From Pseudomonadota bacterium (lineage in GTDB: Bacteria; Pseudomonadota; Alphaproteobacteria; Rickettsiales; UBA3002), in NCBI GenBank assembly GCA_040384265.1, contig JAZKJM010000003.1, positions 286,711 through 350,710 on the forward strand: a stretch of 64,000 nucleotides of DNA, given 5' to 3'. The position numbers were made by a program, and so were the translations under genes. Position 1 is the first letter of the stretch. Each line of letters starts with the position of its first letter. This document shows, one piece after another, positions 35,607 to 45,859 of the stretch. The notes beneath the pieces were generated by a model. That model searched no databases, was not told the origin of the DNA, and worked only from the letters and a program-made list of their open reading frames with translations.

Positions 35607-36985
35607 CCGTCATGGAAACGCAACGTGGCGTGGTACAGGTTGCCGCCGCGGCCGCCCGATAGCTGGAAGGCAAGGTTGGCAGCAAGGCCGACGCAGCGGG
35701 CCCATTGGCGCTCGCGCTCATCGAGCAGTTTGATCTCGGATTTATCGCCCTTCCAGCGCGACTGGTAGCGGTAGTAGAGCGCCAGCGCCAGCATCAGCCG
35801 CTCCTTGTGGTCGATGCCTTTGAGCGAGGATTGGATGATGCGCTGATAGGCCCAGTTGGCACGGAAATTGGGATCGATCGACCAGGCCAGTTCCGAGAGT
35901 TTGCACAGCGCGCGGCGGATGCGCGCCCAGGCCATCGGCTCAGCTTTGAACAGCGGTGTCATCCAGTCGAACAGCTCGCGGCCATAGGTGCCGGCGCGAC
36001 CGATGAGGGCGGCAAGATCGGCGGCGGAGGCGAGCAGCGCGTCCTCTTTTTGGGCGCGGGTTTCGAGCAGGTCGAAGAAAAAACCTTCGCGGATGCCGCT
36101 GACCGAGAAGCGTACTTCCGGCGCGCTGGTGGTGGTCATCAGCTGGTGCAGCACGAGCGCGGTTGGGATGATGGTGACGGCGCGTTTTTCCGAGATGCCC
36201 GGCAGGGCGGCGATGTCGGCGGGCGAGAGTTCCAGCAGCCGCTCGCGCATCTGGCCGACGGCGCGGCGGCTCATGGCGTATTCATGTACGAGGTCAAGCG
36301 GGTAGTGGGTTTTCTTCATATGCAGCTTGGCCAGTGCGCGGAAACCGCCGCCGATGGCGTAGATGCACGGTGGTGCCGATTCCTTGAGCCAAGGGATCGC
36401 CTTCAGCTCGCTTTTGACCATCTCTTCCATGCGCTCGCGCTTGCCGTCGGTGCTGTCGAGGATGCGCAGCGAACCCAGATGGCAGCTGGCGCGCTCGCCG
36501 ACCTGCGTGCGTTCGACGGTGGCCAGCTCCATGCTGCCGCCGCCCAGATCCGCCGAGATGCCGAATGGGTCGTGGAAGGAGGAAAGCACCGCTTTGGCGG
36601 CGAGTTCCGCTTCATGCTCGCCGGTGATGACGGTGATGGTGATGCCATGGGCTTTTTCCAGCGCGCGCACGAAGTCGGCGCCGTTGCTGGCATCGCGCAC
36701 GGCGGCGGTGGCGATGATATCGAGGCTGGCGACTTGCAGCCGTTTAGCCATGACGAGGAAGCGGGCAATGGCGCCTTCGGCCTGCTTCACCCCATCGGGG
36801 TTGAGCATGCCGGTGCGGGCGAGGCCGCGGCCCAGCGCGCACATATATTTCTCGTTGAACAGCGGCAGCGGCACGCGCTTGAGGGCGTGATAGACCACCA
36901 TACGCACGGAGTTGGAGCCGATATCGATGATGGCGATCAGGCCTTTGGGGTGATCGGCCGTCGGGATGTTGTAGGTAATCGTCAC
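35492..36985 (-). CDS. ppx: exopolyphosphatase (Ppx/GppA family)
   Basis: 497 aa. N-terminal IDIGSNSVRMVVY and the DLGGGS ASKHA-fold motifs. Immediately downstream of ppk. Confidence 0.85.
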   Translation of the reverse strand: MTITYNIPTADHPKGLIAIIDIGSNSVRMVVYHALKRVPLPLFNEKYMCALGRGLARTGMLNPDGVKQAEGAIARFLVMAKRLQVASLDIIATAAVRDASNGADFVRALEKAHGITITVITGEHEAELAAKAVLSSFHDPFGISADLGGGSMELATVERTQVGERASCHLGSLRILDSTDGKRERMEEMVKSELKAIPWLKESAPPCIYAIGGGFRALAKLHMKKTHYPLDLVHEYAMSRRAVGQMRERLLELSPADIAALPGISEKRAVTIIPTALVLHQLMTTTSAPEVRFSVSGIREGFFFDLLETRAQKEDALLASAADLAALIGRAGTYGRELFDWMTPLFKAEPMAWARIRRALCKLSELAWSIDPNFRANWAYQRIIQSSLKGIDHKERLMLALALYYRYQSRWKGDKSEIKLLDERERQWARCVGLAANLAFQLSGGRGGNLYHATLRFHDGQVLLALDEEAAPLRTDTVEKKIDGLGEALRAFSNFVM

Positions 36986-36987
36986 CG

Positions 36988-39201
36988 CTATTTGCCCCGC
37001 TTTTTATGCTTGGGCAGGGCGGCAATGGGCACGGGCGAGCTGGCGCCCATCATCTGTGCCAGGGCTTTGCCGCGGCCGGAGAGGGAGGGGTTCGTCATAA
37101 AATAATCATGTGCGGCGAAGGCGTGCTCGTCGTTGCTGAGGCGGCGGTACGTGCCATCCGCATGCAGCCGCCAGCTCTGGCGTTCGTCCTTCAGGTTGGC
37201 GACCATGATTTGATCCAGCACCTGGCGGTGGACGGTGGCGTTCTCGATCGGCACCATGGATTCGACGCGGCGGTCGAGGTTGCGGCTCATCCAATCGGCC
37301 GAGCTGATATAGACTTTGGCGTTGGGCGACGGCATGGCGTGGCCGTTGCCGAAGCAGTAAATGCGCGCATGTTCGAGGAAGCGACCGACGAGGCTTTTGA
37401 CGCGGATGTTCTCCGAGAAGCCGGGGATGCCGGGCTTGAGGCCGCAAATGCCGCGCACCACGAGGTCGATCTTCACGCCTGCTTGCGACGCGGCGTAGAG
37501 CGCATCGATAATATCTTCATCCACCAGCGCGTTGAGCTTGGCCCAGATGCTGGCGGGCTGCCCGGCTTTGGCGAACTCGATTTCCATGGCGATGAGTTTC
37601 ATCAGATGCTTGCGCAAGGTAAGCGGGGCGACGGAAAGTTTTTTGAACTTCGCCGGTTTGGCATAGCCGGTGATGTAATTGAAGACATACCCCGAATCCT
37701 GGCAGAGCGCGGGGTCGCAGGTGAAGAAGGAAAGATCGGTATAGACTTTCGCGGTAGCCGGGTGGTAGTTGCCGGTCCCGAAATGGGCGTAGGATTTCAG
37801 TGCGCCATGCTCGCGCCGGGTGACGAGCGAAAGCTTGGCGTGGGTTTTCATTTCGACGAAGCCGTACACCACCTGCACCCCGGCGCGCTCCATGGTGCGG
37901 GCGAGGCGAATGTTGGCTTCTTCGTCGAAGCGGGCTTTCAGCTCGACCAGCGCGGTGACGGATTTGCCGTTCTCGGCGGCCTCGATCAGCGCTTTGACAA
38001 TCGCTGAATCGTGGCTGGTGCGGTAGAGGGTTTGCTTGATGGAGACGACCAGCGGGTCGATGGCGGCTTGCTGGAGGAATTGCACCACCACGTCGAAGCT
38101 TTCATACGGGTGGTGGACGACGATGTCCTTTGCCTGAATGGCGGCGAAGCAATCACCGCCAAAATCATTGATGCGCTCGGGGAAGCGGACTTTGAACGGC
38201 TCGAATTTGAGGTCGGGCTTGGGTAAATCATAGAGCTCACCCAACTGGGCGAGGCCGACGAGCCCATCCACCTCAACCACATCCTGCGCATCGGCGGGCA
38301 GGTGTTCGAGCATGAAATGCAGCAATTTATGCGGCACGCCGCGATTGGTGGTGATGCCGACGACGCGCCCGTGGCGGCGTTTTTTTACCGCAATATCGAG
38401 ATTGCGCATGAGGTCTTCGGCTTCCTCCTCGATTTCGAGATCGGAATCGCGGACGATGCGAAACAGGCCCGAGCCGTGCAGCGCGAAGCCGGGGAACAGC
38501 TCCTGGAAACACAGGGTGATGACATCTTCGAGCGCGATCAGGCGCAGGTTTTTTCCGCTGCTGGCGAGCTGGATGAAGCGCGGCTGGCTGGCCGGGAATG
38601 GCACCAGCGCGATCATTTTCTTGCTCGGGCGGCGCGGTGGCGACAGCTCCAGCACCTGCACCAGGCCGAGGTTGGGGATGAAGGGGAACGGGTGCGCCGG
38701 ATCGACCGCCATCGGTGTCAGCAGCGGGAAAATATTGGCGGCGAAATAATCTTTCAGCCAGGCGAGATCCGCTTTGCTGAGATGTTTGGTGATGGTCTGC
38801 GAGGTCTGCACGCTGACATGCTCGCGTTCGAGCTGTTTGCGCAGGTCGATCCAGCATTGCTGCTGGGCGGTGATGAGGGCATCCGTGCTTTTGTGGATGG
38901 ATTGCAGCTGGTGGATGGGGCTGAGCCCATCGGCCGACTGGGCATGGACGCCGTGGCGCACCTGGTCCATCAGCCCGGCGATGCGCACCATGACGAATTC
39001 ATCAAGGTTGGCGGCAGAAATGGAGAGGAACTTCACCCGTTCGAGCAGCGGGTTATTGGGGTTTTGTGCTTCTTCCAGCACGCGGGTGTTGAAGGCCAGC
39101 CACGAGAGCTCGCGGTTGATGAAACGGTGCTCTGGTTTAGTGAAATGGGCGCCGATGACCTTGGGGTCGAGGGCGGGAACGTGGTGTTTTGCCTGTGCCA
39201 T
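36988..39201 (-). CDS. ppk: polyphosphate kinase 1
   Basis: 737 aa. FINRELSWLAFNTRVLEEA N-terminus and the conserved autophosphorylated-His block MKTHAKLSLV. Confidence 0.95.
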   Translation of the reverse strand: MAQAKHHVPALDPKVIGAHFTKPEHRFINRELSWLAFNTRVLEEAQNPNNPLLERVKFLSISAANLDEFVMVRIAGLMDQVRHGVHAQSADGLSPIHQLQSIHKSTDALITAQQQCWIDLRKQLEREHVSVQTSQTITKHLSKADLAWLKDYFAANIFPLLTPMAVDPAHPFPFIPNLGLVQVLELSPPRRPSKKMIALVPFPASQPRFIQLASSGKNLRLIALEDVITLCFQELFPGFALHGSGLFRIVRDSDLEIEEEAEDLMRNLDIAVKKRRHGRVVGITTNRGVPHKLLHFMLEHLPADAQDVVEVDGLVGLAQLGELYDLPKPDLKFEPFKVRFPERINDFGGDCFAAIQAKDIVVHHPYESFDVVVQFLQQAAIDPLVVSIKQTLYRTSHDSAIVKALIEAAENGKSVTALVELKARFDEEANIRLARTMERAGVQVVYGFVEMKTHAKLSLVTRREHGALKSYAHFGTGNYHPATAKVYTDLSFFTCDPALCQDSGYVFNYITGYAKPAKFKKLSVAPLTLRKHLMKLIAMEIEFAKAGQPASIWAKLNALVDEDIIDALYAASQAGVKIDLVVRGICGLKPGIPGFSENIRVKSLVGRFLEHARIYCFGNGHAMPSPNAKVYISSADWMSRNLDRRVESMVPIENATVHRQVLDQIMVANLKDERQSWRLHADGTYRRLSNDEHAFAAHDYFMTNPSLSGRGKALAQMMGASSPVPIAALPKHKKRGK

Positions 39202-39248
39202 GCTGCGGTGCCGCTTGTGTCGTGGGGGTGAAGTGGTATGATGCGCCC

Positions 39249-39767
39249 ATGCAATCTAGCCCAACTGAATCTGTAACACAACGCCGAGTCATCCTCATTC
39301 GCCATGCGAAAGCGGTGGAGGAGGATGCGGGCGGCGACCACACGCGGCCGCTGAGCACGCGCGGCATCACGGATGCGGGGGCGCTGGCGCAATGGCTGGC
39401 GATGCAGCATATCGCGGCGCAGCAGGTGCTGTGCTCGACCGCGACCCGCACCCGCCAGACGCTGGATGCGGTCGGCAAGAATGTGCCGACGATCCTGAGC
39501 GACAAGCTTTACCTGGCAACGACAGGAGAGATGCTGGCGCAGATTCAGGCGACTGACGATGCGGTGACGCAGCTGATGGTGATTGGTCATAACCCGGGCA
39601 TTCACGCGCTGCTGGCGCTGCTGGTGCGTGACTATGCGGATGAGGACGATGCGGACCGGATGATCATGAAATTCCCCACCGCCGCCTGTGCCGTGCTGCG
39701 CTTCGATGCGTCGCGCTGGCAGGATGTTGCTGCTGCAGGCGCGCTGCTGGAGCGATTGCGGTATTGA
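39249..39767 (+). CDS. sixA: histidine phosphatase family protein (SixA-like)
   Basis: Start at MQSSPTES (39249). VILIRHAKA carries the RHxxA phosphohistidine phosphatase motif, and IGHNPG is also present. Confidence 0.7.
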   Translation: MQSSPTESVTQRRVILIRHAKAVEEDAGGDHTRPLSTRGITDAGALAQWLAMQHIAAQQVLCSTATRTRQTLDAVGKNVPTILSDKLYLATTGEMLAQIQATDDAVTQLMVIGHNPGIHALLALLVRDYADEDDADRMIMKFPTAACAVLRFDASRWQDVAAAGALLERLRY

Positions 39768-39880
39768 TGCCATCGTCGGCTGATGATGGTGCGCGCTCGG
39801 TCAAGTTCCTCCCCCTGTAAGGGCGGGAGGGAGTATTCATCGCATGCGTGGCGTTCAGTGATAAACACATGCCGCACCCC

Positions 39881-39977
39881 CACTGTCATCCCGGCCCTGT
39901 GCCGGGATCCGGCCTTCTAACATACTCGGTGCCTGCGGTGAGGCCGGATCCCGGGATAAACCCGGGATGACACAGTG
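39881..39977. repeat. compound palindromic (MITE/REP-like) element at the sixA / virD4 boundary
   Basis: Terminal inverted repeats CACTGTCATCCCGG (39881-94) / CCGGGATGACACAGTG (39962-77). Internal sub-hairpins TCCCGGC-CCTGT-GCCGGGA (39889-39907) and TCCCGGG-ATAAA-CCCGGGA (39949-67). GGATCCGGCC (39905-14) pairs with GGCCGGATCC (39942-51). Confidence 0.7.
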
Positions 39978-40034
39978 TGTTTTGCTTCTGCAGGGGAGTA
40001 ACATCAGCGCGCCTGGTTACGCAGCATTTAGCTG

Positions 40035-41888
40035 CTAGGTCGTGGCGGGGGTGCCGGTTTTGGTGTCAGTGCTGCTGCCGCCGGGTGGTGGTGGTGGGGC
40101 AGCGGCGACTTTTTTCTTTTTGCGCGGATCGTAGGGTTCCTGCACGGGCAGGTTAATCGGTGGCATGAGGCGTTTTTTGAAGAAGGGATCCTTGAAGTAG
40201 AAAATCTTTTTGCATTTGATGGGCGAGAAGGATTCGACAAGGATGATCTGCTCGTCGCGCGGCAGCTGGATGACTTCCTGCGGCAGCAGCAACGCACGCT
40301 GGGTTTCACTGACCTGCATGGTGCGCGAGCCGGGGTTGAAATCGACGAATTTCGGTTTGTTGTGCGATTCCTGGATCGCGGTTTTATTGCCCACCAGCTG
40401 CGAGATCATGTTCGCGGTTTCGATGTTGTTGGCCGAGAAGGTGATGCGGTAATAGGAGTTGGACAGGAAGCTGTTCATGCCCGCTTCTTCGTAGATGCCT
40501 TTGAGCTGCTGGGTATCCTGTACGATCAGGAACAGCTTGACGCGGAACCCGCGGAAATAGGCGATACCGATCTGGAATTGTGGCATTTCGCCGAGCGATG
40601 GGAACTCATCCAGCATGAACATGACGCCGAACGGTTCGTCCTTCTTCGGCATGGCGCGGGTTAAGAAGTCGGTCGCTTGCTGGTAGAACACCTTTAGCAG
40701 CGGTTCGAGGCGTTGTAAGTTGTCTGGCGTGACGCCGACATAGATCGTCGTTTTCTTTTTCTTGAGGTTCTGCAGGTCGAAATCCGAGCTCGCGGTGGTG
40801 GTGTCGATCAGCGGGTTGGCCCAGAGTTCGAGCGCGGAGTTCAGCGTGGAGACCACGCCGGAACGTTCCTTATCTGCTTTTTGCAGGAAGGAGGCGATGT
40901 TCATGTAGGCGACGGGGTGAATTTTGCCGCCGATGGTGTCGAGCACGACCGCGAGGTTATAGACCACATCGTCGCTGCGCATGGTGCGCACGACTTCGCC
41001 GAAGCTGGTAACTTTTTCCGGCACGGCGCACAGATAGAGAATGATGCCCAGCATCAGCGAGCGCGCTTCGTTCTGCCAGAATTCCTGCTCGGGCAGCACG
41101 AGGTTGCAGATTTTCTGCACGTCATCGACCATCTGGCCGGGCTTCTCGGAAATCCAGTCGAGCGGGTTATAGCAATGCGAAATCCCGTTCGGGTCGGCGG
41201 GGTTCCAGACATAGCAGGGCTGGCCGAGCTTCTTGTTGCGGTAGCCCGAGGTCAGCTCGTAGTTTTCCATTTTAATATCGTGAACGATGACGGATTCTTC
41301 CCAGAACAGCAGGTTGGGGATTACGAAGCCCACCCCTTTGCCGGACCCGGTTGGTGCAAAGAGAAGCACGTGCTGGAAGTCATCTGCAATGAGATAATTC
41401 GCAGCGCCGGTGCGGCCCAAGAGCAGGCCTTTCTTGGCGCGCAGCTTGGCGCGTTTAAGGTCGGACTCGGTCGACCATTTGGCGTCGCCATGGATTTTTT
41501 CCTTCTTACGGAAGGGCCGGAAATCCAGCAGCGGTGCGCGCATCAAAAACAGGGTGAACAGGCCGAGGAAGGCACCGGCAATCAGCGGCCCATAAAATTT
41601 CGTGTCGAAGGCGGCGTTGAAATAGGCCTGCTGGTATTGCGGGAATTGTTTGTAGTAGTTGGCCTGGGTGTTGATGGTGCGGTAGCCCTCGATGATGCCT
41701 TTGGGATTACTCGCGGAGCGGACGTAATCAAGCACCGAAGGGGTCGGTTGCTGGTAGATGCTCAGCATGAAGCGGTGGCCAAGGGTGAAGCCGGTGACAG
41801 TGCCAATATAGACCGGCACCAGCAACGTCATGCTGACGATGAACGTCAGCAGCAGCTTGTTGAAGATACCTTTCAAATGCTCGGGCAT
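40035..41888 (-). CDS. virD4: type IV secretion coupling protein VirD4/TraG
   Basis: 617 aa. N-terminal TM helices, Walker A FAPTGSGKGVG, Walker B-like MFMLDEFPSLG. Confidence 0.9.
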   Translation of the reverse strand: MPEHLKGIFNKLLLTFIVSMTLLVPVYIGTVTGFTLGHRFMLSIYQQPTPSVLDYVRSASNPKGIIEGYRTINTQANYYKQFPQYQQAYFNAAFDTKFYGPLIAGAFLGLFTLFLMRAPLLDFRPFRKKEKIHGDAKWSTESDLKRAKLRAKKGLLLGRTGAANYLIADDFQHVLLFAPTGSGKGVGFVIPNLLFWEESVIVHDIKMENYELTSGYRNKKLGQPCYVWNPADPNGISHCYNPLDWISEKPGQMVDDVQKICNLVLPEQEFWQNEARSLMLGIILYLCAVPEKVTSFGEVVRTMRSDDVVYNLAVVLDTIGGKIHPVAYMNIASFLQKADKERSGVVSTLNSALELWANPLIDTTTASSDFDLQNLKKKKTTIYVGVTPDNLQRLEPLLKVFYQQATDFLTRAMPKKDEPFGVMFMLDEFPSLGEMPQFQIGIAYFRGFRVKLFLIVQDTQQLKGIYEEAGMNSFLSNSYYRITFSANNIETANMISQLVGNKTAIQESHNKPKFVDFNPGSRTMQVSETQRALLLPQEVIQLPRDEQIILVESFSPIKCKKIFYFKDPFFKKRLMPPINLPVQEPYDPRKKKKVAAAPPPPPGGSSTDTKTGTPATT

Positions 41889-41960
41889 GGCGCTTTCAGA
41901 TGACGGTGGGTGGCTTCTCTTTTACTGCCGCGCGCGATTTGTCGCAAGGGTTCTTATGGC

Positions 41961-42950
41961 TTACGCGGCATCCATCGGTTTGAAGTAGACTTCGCTGACA
42001 TAACGGCGGCCTTTGTCGCCGCGCTTGAGCTGGATGACGACCTGGATCACCGATTCGACATAGGCCTTGATCTGCTCGCGGGTGATGCCAAGATCGGCCT
42101 GCATGATCATCAGGATCAGCTGCTCGATGGCGAGCACCGGCGAATCGGCGTGGACGGTGGCGATGGAGCCGGGGTGGCCGGTATTGACCGCGCGCAGGTA
42201 GCTGAACGCCTCAGCGCCGCGCAACTCGCCGACGATGATACGATCCGGGCGCAGGCGCAGGCAGGCTTCGATCAGCTCCTGAGTGGTCACTTTAGCGCGG
42301 CCCTGGCCGCCCTTGCTGACCATCATATGGACGCGGTTGGGGATGTGGTCGATCTGCACTTCGCGCGCATCCTCGACGGTGATGAGGCGCTCATGCGAAG
42401 GAATTTCGCCGAGGGCGGCATTCATGAAGGTGGTTTTCCCAGTCGAGGTGCCGCCGCTGATGATGATGTTTTTTTTATTCTTCACCGCCATCGAGATGAA
42501 TTTTTTGACATCGCCTTTGTCGTAAAGTTCCTGCAGCACATCATCGATCGGGTCGTGGACGCCTAGGCCGGTTTTGGTGTTGGCGAAGGCGCCTTTTTCC
42601 TCGTAGGTGTCGAGCGACATAACTATGGTCGACTGTTTACGGATGGACATGGCGATGCCGCCATCCGCGCAGGCGGGCGGGAAGACGACCTGGATACGGT
42701 AGCCGCCGGGCAGGGTGGCGGAGAGGAGCGGCTTTTCCTCGCTGATGGTCTGGCTGGTTGACTGGGCAACGAGATGGGCGAGCGAATGCAAGTGGTCGAG
42801 CGTCAGCAGCGGCAGGGATTCATAGCGCATATCGCCATGTTTTTCGATCCATGCTTCGCCGGGGCGGTTGATGGAAATTTCCTGGATCCCCTCTTCGGCG
42901 AACAGGGCGTTGAGTGGTTCGAGGAACGTATCGAGCGCGGTGAAAGACAT
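41961..42950 (-). CDS. virB11: type IV secretion ATPase VirB11
   Basis: 329 aa. Walker A GGTSTGKTT, plus the RIIVGELRG and NTGHPGSIATVHA blocks. Confidence 0.9.
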   Translation of the reverse strand: MSFTALDTFLEPLNALFAEEGIQEISINRPGEAWIEKHGDMRYESLPLLTLDHLHSLAHLVAQSTSQTISEEKPLLSATLPGGYRIQVVFPPACADGGIAMSIRKQSTIVMSLDTYEEKGAFANTKTGLGVHDPIDDVLQELYDKGDVKKFISMAVKNKKNIIISGGTSTGKTTFMNAALGEIPSHERLITVEDAREVQIDHIPNRVHMMVSKGGQGRAKVTTQELIEACLRLRPDRIIVGELRGAEAFSYLRAVNTGHPGSIATVHADSPVLAIEQLILMIMQADLGITREQIKAYVESVIQVVIQLKRGDKGRRYVSEVYFKPMDAA

Positions 42951-42973
42951 GATGGCTCTTTAAGTGAGAGTGT

Positions 42974-44212
42974 TTAGTTGACGATGCGCACGCCGTTGCT
43001 TGCGTCGCTTGGGAACACCAGGTCCTTATTCACGAACACATTCACGATGGTGCCCTGATCGACAAGGATCGTCGGTGGAACGTTCATGAAATTTTTGATG
43101 AAGGAATCCGTCACCGAACCAAGGCGGTTGAGGGCATTGGTGGTGGCGGTGGTCGCGGCGTCGCCGGAGGTCTGGGTGCCGCCGATGGCCGAATTGCTGG
43201 TGGTGGTGGTGCCGCCGGTGATTTCATCCGAACCGATGGCAAGGGCGATGTTCATGACACTCGACATGAGCGAGCGCGCGAATATCTGTTGAAATTTAGT
43301 ATCGATCTGGCCTGAGACGCCGGCCTGGCCGATACCATCGACGAGCGGTGAGCCGAGCATCACATCCACCCCATCGGGACGGATAACGCGCGTCCAGACG
43401 ACAAAGACGCGGGTCTGGCCGTTGGTTAGGGTGTTGTTATAGCTGCCGATCAGGCGCGAGCCTTTGGGAATGAGCGGCACCGTGCCCGCTTCGCCGTACG
43501 TATCGCGCGAGACGATGGCGCGGATGGGGGCTGGCAGGTCGGTGTTGAGGGCTGATTCCATGGTCGCCTGAATGATACGGCCTTGCGCAATGGTGTTACG
43601 CAGGTTGCTGATGCGGGTTGCTTCTACCTGCTCGACCGTCGTCGACGAGACGCTGGCAAGGAAGGCGCTATTGGGATTATTGCTTTGTCCAGCAGCAGGT
43701 TTGTTGCCACCGAGCAGGGAACCGATGCCACCTTCACCGCCACCGCCTTCTTTGATCATGATGCTGGAACGCATGCGGGTTGCAATTTCTGCTTTGGCGG
43801 TGCTGTCATCCTTGGGGACCAGCGGATTAAGGTTGATGGTATTGGGCACCGTCACGGGTTGGGGGATGGGCGGCGGCGTCAGCGAGGTGAGAGGCGGCGC
43901 GATCACGGGCGGTGCAATTGGCACTGGCGGTGGCTCATATTCCTTGGGGGCCACTTCGCGCGGTTTTTTGACCTCCTTGACTTCTTCTTTCTTATCGCCG
44001 GAGAAGATCAGGTAGAGCAGCAGCAGCACGGCGGCGCCGACGATGCCCAGGACGATAAATGCGCGCCCGGCCTTGGCAGCGATGGCGGGAGTGCCTTCAG
44101 GCAGGTCCTGCTCCGAACCGTTGCCCTCGCCGTTGCTTTCAAGTTGCGGCATGTCGTATTCGTTGCTGCTCGACTCGAAGGGATTTTCTGGTGGTGGGGG
44201 CACATCAGCCAT
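42974..44212 (-). CDS. virB10: type IV secretion protein VirB10 (TrbI family)
   Basis: 412 aa. Single TM (FIVLGIVGAAVLLLLYLIF), a Pro-rich region (PPPVPIAPPVIAPP...PPPIPQP), and a C-terminal barrel block GSRLIGSY...VVWTRVIRPDG. Confidence 0.85.
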   Translation of the reverse strand: MADVPPPPENPFESSSNEYDMPQLESNGEGNGSEQDLPEGTPAIAAKAGRAFIVLGIVGAAVLLLLYLIFSGDKKEEVKEVKKPREVAPKEYEPPPVPIAPPVIAPPLTSLTPPPIPQPVTVPNTINLNPLVPKDDSTAKAEIATRMRSSIMIKEGGGGEGGIGSLLGGNKPAAGQSNNPNSAFLASVSSTTVEQVEATRISNLRNTIAQGRIIQATMESALNTDLPAPIRAIVSRDTYGEAGTVPLIPKGSRLIGSYNNTLTNGQTRVFVVWTRVIRPDGVDVMLGSPLVDGIGQAGVSGQIDTKFQQIFARSLMSSVMNIALAIGSDEITGGTTTTSNSAIGGTQTSGDAATTATTNALNRLGSVTDSFIKNFMNVPPTILVDQGTIVNVFVNKDLVFPSDASNGVRIVN

Positions 44213-45033
44213 TATTTGCCCCCGCCGGTTTCGTTATAGACCACGACCTGTTCGCCGGACTGGCGGATGGAAAATCGCGGCGCGACGGCGTTGACCGCGA
44301 CCAGCCCGTCGCTGGTTTTGCGAGTGGGCAGGTTGAGGGCTTCACCTTTGGCGCTGATGACCGAAATTTGCGGTATCGCGTTCATGGTGGTGGGAAATTT
44401 GAAGAAAGTGGTCTTGCCATCATCGAAGATTTTTACAGGGGCAATCGTGCGGGATCCGCTGAAGGTGTAGCGGTAGTTCATCCCCGAAGTGGGGGCAGGC
44501 GGAATGTTGCCGGTGGGGGTTGGCATGGCGGCGGGGGCCGGTGCAGGCACCGTCAGTGGTGCTGGTTGCGGGAAGTTCATGGCCGGGTTAGCCGGCTGGC
44601 CATCGGCGCTTTCTTCAGGGTAATAGAAACGCACGACATAGGTCAATTCTTCGCTGCCGAACACGGCATCTGCTGAGGATGAGCGCAGGTCGAATTGATA
44701 GGCACGCAGGTTGGTGACAACGGTCATGTTGGTGTGGGCGTTCTCTTCCATCGCACGGATAAAGAGGCGGCGGCCGGCCGGGCTTATCTGCCAGGCGACG
44801 CGGTCACCGAGCGAGATCGTTTCGATGGTTTCACGCGCGCCGAATTCGATATTACTCTGGTAGCCATAATGGGTGGTGACGGCAAACACCTCGTTAGGGC
44901 TGAAGACGAGGGTTTTTATGCGACTATCGGTCGTAATGGGTTGGGCGGCGGTCGCCGGCATGGCCAGCAAACAAGCGACAAGCGCGATGGTGATCCGATG
45001 CTTCAGCGTATGTTTTGCGGTGGTCTGCATCAT
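44212..45033 (-). CDS. virB9: type IV secretion protein VirB9 (CagX/TrbG family)
   Basis: Start at MMQTTAKH (45033) overlaps the virB8 stop (ATGA). Signal peptide ...LLAMPATAAQP. Conserved block YGYQSNIEF...WQISPAGRRLFIRA. Stop overlaps the virB10 start (TAATG). Confidence 0.8.
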   Translation of the reverse strand: MMQTTAKHTLKHRITIALVACLLAMPATAAQPITTDSRIKTLVFSPNEVFAVTTHYGYQSNIEFGARETIETISLGDRVAWQISPAGRRLFIRAMEENAHTNMTVVTNLRAYQFDLRSSSADAVFGSEELTYVVRFYYPEESADGQPANPAMNFPQPAPLTVPAPAPAAMPTPTGNIPPAPTSGMNYRYTFSGSRTIAPVKIFDDGKTTFFKFPTTMNAIPQISVISAKGEALNLPTRKTSDGLVAVNAVAPRFSIRQSGEQVVVYNETGGGK

Positions 45034-45731
45034 TGGATCTCTGACTGGATTTGATAAGAGGTGACAGTGTAGCCGAGCGGGTTGAGCCATTGCTCTTCCT
45101 GATTGATATTGAGATCAGCATACTCGAAAGTGAGGGTGATAATCCATGAGTTTTCTTTGTCGCCAATCCCGGGGGCAGACTCGATTGTGCTCAAACGGAT
45201 CTGCATGATTTTTGTGCTGCTGGATTGCGCGCCAGGGTTAACGATATAGACCATCGATTTGATCTTGATGTCGCGCTGCCCCTCGCTGCCAAGGCGCTTG
45301 GCAAACCCAGTCTCGCTACTGGGATTGACCTGGTTGCGGAAATAGGCGAACACGTCGGGCGTGCTCATCAGTCGCACGACGTTGTAGTTGTAGCGCAGGG
45401 TGTTGGCGCTGTAGCTCTCGAACATCCGCAGGAACAGGGCGGTGAAATAGCGATCAACCGCTTCATCGGCGGTGTATTCTTTTTTGGTGACCGGGATAAC
45501 GCGCTGGGTGATACCGGATTTTTCGTCGATCTGCAGTAAATAGGGCTCGACCGATTTGAGTGGGGCAAGGCGCATGACCGCGACGACGGCAACGGTGGCG
45601 GCAAACAGCGAGACGATGGCAACCAGGGCAAGCACATTGCGCTGGGTGAGCACATGCTGGTACTTGTCCTGATACCAGTGTTTGGAACTATCCGAAACGT
45701 CCTTCTGGGACCGATTAAACATAGAATACAC
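45030..45731 (-). CDS. virB8: type IV secretion protein VirB8
   Basis: 233 aa. A bitopic N-terminal TM (LALVAIVSLFAATVAVVAV) followed by an NTF2-like periplasmic domain. Start is GTG 45731 or ATG 45722. Confidence 0.8.
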   Translation of the reverse strand: MYSMFNRSQKDVSDSSKHWYQDKYQHVLTQRNVLALVAIVSLFAATVAVVAVMRLAPLKSVEPYLLQIDEKSGITQRVIPVTKKEYTADEAVDRYFTALFLRMFESYSANTLRYNYNVVRLMSTPDVFAYFRNQVNPSSETGFAKRLGSEGQRDIKIKSMVYIVNPGAQSSSTKIMQIRLSTIESAPGIGDKENSWIITLTFEYADLNINQEEQWLNPLGYTVTSYQIQSEIQ

Positions 45732-45859
45732 ACCACGTTACATGCTAGGCGACAGCCTAAAAATGAGACTATATCTGGGGCTGCGAAGAATGCAAGCAAC
45801 GTGCCCAAGTTATTCAGGAAAACTTGAGCTGCACAGAAGACGCTACGGGTTTTTTACCA

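Noticed and set aside
45368-45808. Possible VirB7 lipoprotein in the virB6-virB8 gap. The TTG-start ORF begins MGTLLAFFAAPDIVSFLGC, which is lipobox-like.
   Set aside because: The frame continues for 146 codons entirely inside virB8 in another frame, with a Pro/Ser/Cys-rich nonsense-like product. No RBS and no stop at VirB7-like length (~50 aa).
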